A stretch of 64,000 nt of DNA from Owenia fusiformis (lineage: Eukaryota), in the NCBI GenBank assembly GCA_903813345.2, contig CAIIXF020000001.1, positions 31,868,001 to 31,932,000 of the forward strand, given 5' to 3'. The notes below the pieces were generated by a model. It was not told the origin of the DNA. It searched no databases and saw only the letters and a list, made by a program, of their open reading frames with translations. The position numbers and the translations under genes are program-made. The stretch's first letter is position 1. The number at the start of each line of letters is the position of its first letter. This document shows, in pieces, positions 1 through 64,000 of this stretch.

Positions 1-310
1 TTTGCTAAAGAAGAGATTTTAAAGATGGTCGCTATATTTTAAAATGACCGCCTTTTTTGTAAAAAACATTATCTTTGATTCAAATTTTAGATGCTGATGG
101 TCAACGTAGCTCTGTTCGAAAAAGTATTTTCAGGATGGCGGCTGAATTTCAAAATGGCCACATGTAAAAAATGTAATCTTTGTAAATTCAAATGCCAATT
201 GACAGATTTGGTTCAAATTTTATATGTTGATCCCAAGGGACAATGAAGCTCTAATTGAGAAGTCGATTTCAAGATGGCCACTGAATTTCAAAATGGCCAC
301 CATTTAAAAA
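1..310 (+). mobile_element. Fragment of Helentron/HINE-like repeat (~140-bp internal units)
   Basis: caagatggc..gaatttcaaaatggcc / gatttggttcaaattttatatg units shared with 34943-35985. Confidence 0.6.
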
Positions 311-1469
311 AAAAATCTTCCATGAATATTTTCCGTGGTAATTGGTGGTTTGGTAATTGTTTTTTCATGAACATGCCATGTTTTTATCATTACACTTGAG
401 TTGTAAAATCAACAATTTTGGCAGGTTTTGTTTTTACCAAAATCTTCAAAATTGAATCAATATTTTAACGAATGAATCCAAGCTGGATTGAGAATTAGTC
501 TCATTAATCATAGATAAAAGAATATGACACCCCCCCCCCACCCCAAAATCTTTGAGAAAGTCAACCTTCTTGACAAAAGCTGGTTTCAGGCCTGAAATAC
601 AACCATGTTTTTACAATCTGAATATATGTTTAGTACATTCTGTACATAGTGTCATATGACAAAGAACTGTTTACTTAATATTTTTTTAATTGATGATTTG
701 ACCCCACAATTAAAAGTAATAATTTGTTTGCTGGGATTTGCTATCATTTAACTTTGGCACTTATGTAAAAAAGACAAAATAAGTGATAAAATCAGCTCAC
801 TGGATTCCCTTATTGCAGACTGAATAAACATTTTTACTTGGAGTAAATCCTATTTGGTTTTATTTGATCAACAATGAGTTTTTGACTTGCACTGTCTACA
901 CTCACAGACAATAATAATTACCGAAGAGGGAGCATTAGAAAGAGTAAGATTATCATATATAATAACAATTAAGATCAGAATATTTAAGAATTGTGCAAAT
1001 GAACTCTTATAATCTGTTGTAAAGAGATTAATCTTTTGACATTAATTTGAGACTTAAGACACCCAATTAACATAGAATAATGGCAACCAAATATTAAAAG
1101 ATTATGCAAATGATTATTTATTCCTATTCAAAGACAAATCAATTTTAATTACTTATACTATGTTTCATGTTTTAAGCCAAATGGTGTTGTTAACCCCCTC
1201 CCCTTCCTTCATGCAACTTCTTTTTAAATATAATATTCTTACATAGACAAATTGAATTTTTATCACTTAGGTATAACATTTCAGTTTGCAGCCATAGGCT
1301 TGTGTTTAATCCCCCATCTCAATTTCAAGTCAAAATTCTGTAAAAGTATATACTTTTCTGTGGATTGTTTCAGATAATATGCTTATAAAAGTTGAATGGG
1401 ACTTAATTTGGAGAACTTCATTTAGAAACATAATGTATTATTCATTTTTCTGCTTCCAAAAGACCAAAC

Positions 1470-2305
1470 AAATAGCCCATGGAAAACCATGGACTTTCAA
1501 AAGATCAAAAGAATAATCATGGAAAACCATGGCTTTTGATTGCACTTTCCAAAACATCAAAGAAATAACCATGGAAAAGCATGGCTTTCGATTGCAATCA
1601 ACCGTCTTCCATGGCTTTTGATTGCAGTTTTCTCAACTTCAAAGAAAGAAACCATGGTTTTTGATTGTATTCTCAAATGTACGAAATGTAATTTAAGAAA
1701 ATGAGTTATTTATTTCTTAAATTACTTCATATTGATTTTTAAAACTGAAAATTAAAGTATTGAAATAAAACAGAGCTTGGGCTAGTTTGACTTAATCTTT
1801 TTCAAAGGAAAGAAGTGTTTGGCCTAAAAAATAAGCAATCTCTATCTAGTCTTGATCTACACAAAAGACCTTTGCACAATTGTTTTTGAAATCTTGTGGC
1901 CTACTCTCTGCTCTGCTGTTTCACATATTTTCTCATTTGTAAGCTGAGTCTAACATTCAATGAATGTTCATGCTATACCTTCAAAATGAAATGTCCACCC
2001 TTTTTTCTCAATGATAAGTCTCAGTCTAACTGGGATATATCATCAAAACATTCATTTTGGAGATTTTGGTAAATACAAATCCTACCAAAATTGTTGATTT
2101 TACATCTCCATGACACATCCATTAAAAACCAATTACCAAACCAACAATTACCACGGAAAATCATGGTAAATATCCATGGAAGATTACCATGGGCATCCAT
2201 GAATTTCCATGGAAAATAACATGGAAAACCATGAATTTCCATGGAAAACCATGGATTACCATGGGCGCACCATGGAATACCATGGTTACCATGGCTTTTT
2301 TCTTA
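1470..2305. mobile_element. MITE-like element with CCATGG-rich repetitive termini
   Basis: Arrays of ccatggaaaa/ccatggc at 1475-1660 and 2150-2300; part (2080-2185) recurs inverted at ~318-430. Confidence 0.5.
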
Positions 2306-2309
2306 AGGG

Positions 2310-2850
2310 TATATATACTTTTCTCTATATTGTTTAAGTCACTTCTTTTGTTCTTGGTATCATATGTCCCGAATGAAATGAAACATCTATCCGAACCTCA
2401 TTTGAACAAAATGACATAAACACAATATTGTAATTGTACAAAAGAAATTTAGGTTGATTTAAATAAAAAAAGTATCTTGTTAATGAAATAAGAGGTTTAT
2501 CTTAATTTTTATCTATTTTGGGGGGTATTTGTTTTAATTTTTTGAACCAAACCAGCCAAATTTTCCGTTGTATAACTATAATATTGAGAGGTTTAAGAAA
2601 ATGTTGTATATGCTATTTTGTTCCAACAAGGTTTGGAAAGATATTTTATTTCATTCTCAAGAATGCACTAAAAAACAAAATTTTTTAACAAAAACAGATA
2701 TATAAAATATATATAGATACTTTTTGCATTAAATTGTTGTCAATGAGTCAAAATTACATAAAGGACAGTGTTTTTTTTAATGTTTTCAATAATTGGTTTA
2801 TGAGAAAAACATTGTTGAATTCAGTTCACCATATCGATACCAATCCTGTA
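2310..2850. repeat. Interspersed repeat; inverted copy at ~21200-21790
   Basis: e.g. acttcttttgttcttggtatcatat vs atatgataccaagaacaaaagaagt. Confidence 0.65.
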
Positions 2851-3394
2851 ATCATTTTCTATCTTAATCGAGTAAACGAGTAAGTGCAACATCAAAAATA
2901 AGGGTCAGATGATGACTAGGGCAAATCAACTAGATCAACACCATTTTGGGGTAACTTCGACTTGTGGGGTAACATTGACACCTTCTTGTTTATTTTGCTC
3001 TAATTTTTGATCTAGGGGGAGCCATTGTTTTTCTCGCATTGATAAAGATCTCGCGAGATTTTAATTTTTCCCGAAAATGGAAATTCTACTTCTAATAAGT
3101 AAGCGTGGAAGTTACCCTGTCTCTTATGTTGACATTACCCCACACGTCGACGTGACACCCCTTTGCACTATCATACCCTTGGATATGTTGTTGTAAACTT
3201 ATCGCAAGACAAATTCATTGTTTCTGTGGTCTGGGCCGGGATATGTTTTTGTAAATTTGCAAAAATTCATTGTTACCATATTGGGGGATATGTTGTTGTG
3301 AATTGTTATCACAACAAATTCATTCATAATTTCAAAAATGTATAATCTGGTTGTTCCATAATATTTTAATACTGTACACTACTGAAATACATAC

Positions 3395-63165
<59,771 letters not shown>

Positions 63166-64000
63166 CTAAAACGTCAAAAAGAAACATTTTTAAAAACTAG
63201 TTATAATGACATTGGTCATAAAGTGGCAGAATATCACTTGCAAAGGACGGTGATCAAAACAATCCATCGTATATATCATAACTTCTAGAACTACAAGGGG
63301 AATGTTGTTATAGAAAGAAAAGGTATATGTTTCAGAATTAAAGCCATTGGTATGATTAAATATGCTAAATTATTTCGAAATTAATGATCGACGTATTGAT
63401 AGATTCGGGCTGAATATCACGAAGAAAAACGACTTTCTCCATTGATTTAAAACACCCATGTCCATTACACTCAAAAGGATGTTAGTGTAGTAAGCCGGCG
63501 CCCATTGATAAACCGGGAAAACGGTTGGATCTTATTGCTAGAATCTCTAATTGATTGTCGGACTGGAACTTACGTTTGCCTCCAACATCACGAGATTTCA
63601 ATTGCCGTTCTTTTACGGCAATTGAAATTGTAATGAATAGGGCATTTGAAAGAAAATGAACGATTGTTACCAATTTTTAAGGCACTGACAAGGGACATAT
63701 CCCCTGCTTCCAGAACTTTACCACGAATGTTAAACAAGAAGTTTTGAAATTTGGAGCCATGTATTTAGAAAATACGAGTTGATACAAATATCTGCTCTTA
63801 TTTCAGAATTTATATAGAGTCTAGATTTAAATTACAAGTAGGATATCACGAAATTACTAGACCAGTCTGTCAATCATTCCTCAGAAATGACTGGACGATG
63901 CTTCGTTCATTTAAATTGATCAATTCATGGTATCGAGGAACATGATGAGATTAAATAGATAAATGAATGAATTAGAAAATAAATAAATAAGAAAAAACAA

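Noticed and set aside
2021..2419. Short ORFs with repeated FPWK/HGKPW
   Set aside because: Translations of the CCATGG repeat array.
63482..63720. Possible first coding exon
   Set aside because: No ATG-initiated hydrophobic peptide ending at a phase-0 donor.

Overview
AT-rich eukaryotic (animal, probably marine invertebrate) genomic DNA, not prokaryotic. Most of the window is occupied by what reads as one giant minus-strand gene. I assembled it by eye from 55 exons (63165 down to 3395) with compatible intron phases throughout: about 22.4 kb of coding sequence, about 7,460 aa. Both ends appear to lie outside the window or were not found. The protein begins like a Notch ligand of the Delta/Serrate family: a divergent N-terminal C2 (MNNL) domain followed by a DSL domain. 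It then repeats a module 13 times: a DSL-like domain with an extra Cys, a ~110-aa beta-rich domain I do not recognise ('X', consensus DLxGxWxGxxxC...GTYSQ...FTL...CxLxGxR), an 84-93-bp exon encoding an atypical EGF (FYCCC), and a spacer. The spacers vary from a few EGFs to arrays of ~20 near-identical EGFs, or a Thr-rich mucin tract. One module carries a VWA domain with an intact MIDAS motif. A 14th DSL is followed by probable C-type lectin exons. Introns hold many mobile-element remnants: Helentron/HINE-like elements, Tc1/mariner- and piggyBac-type MITEs, LINE and Penelope-like RT fragments, and a large foldback carrying a decayed nuclease-CXC ORF at the junction of a recent module duplication. 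Exon boundaries are manual predictions without transcript support.
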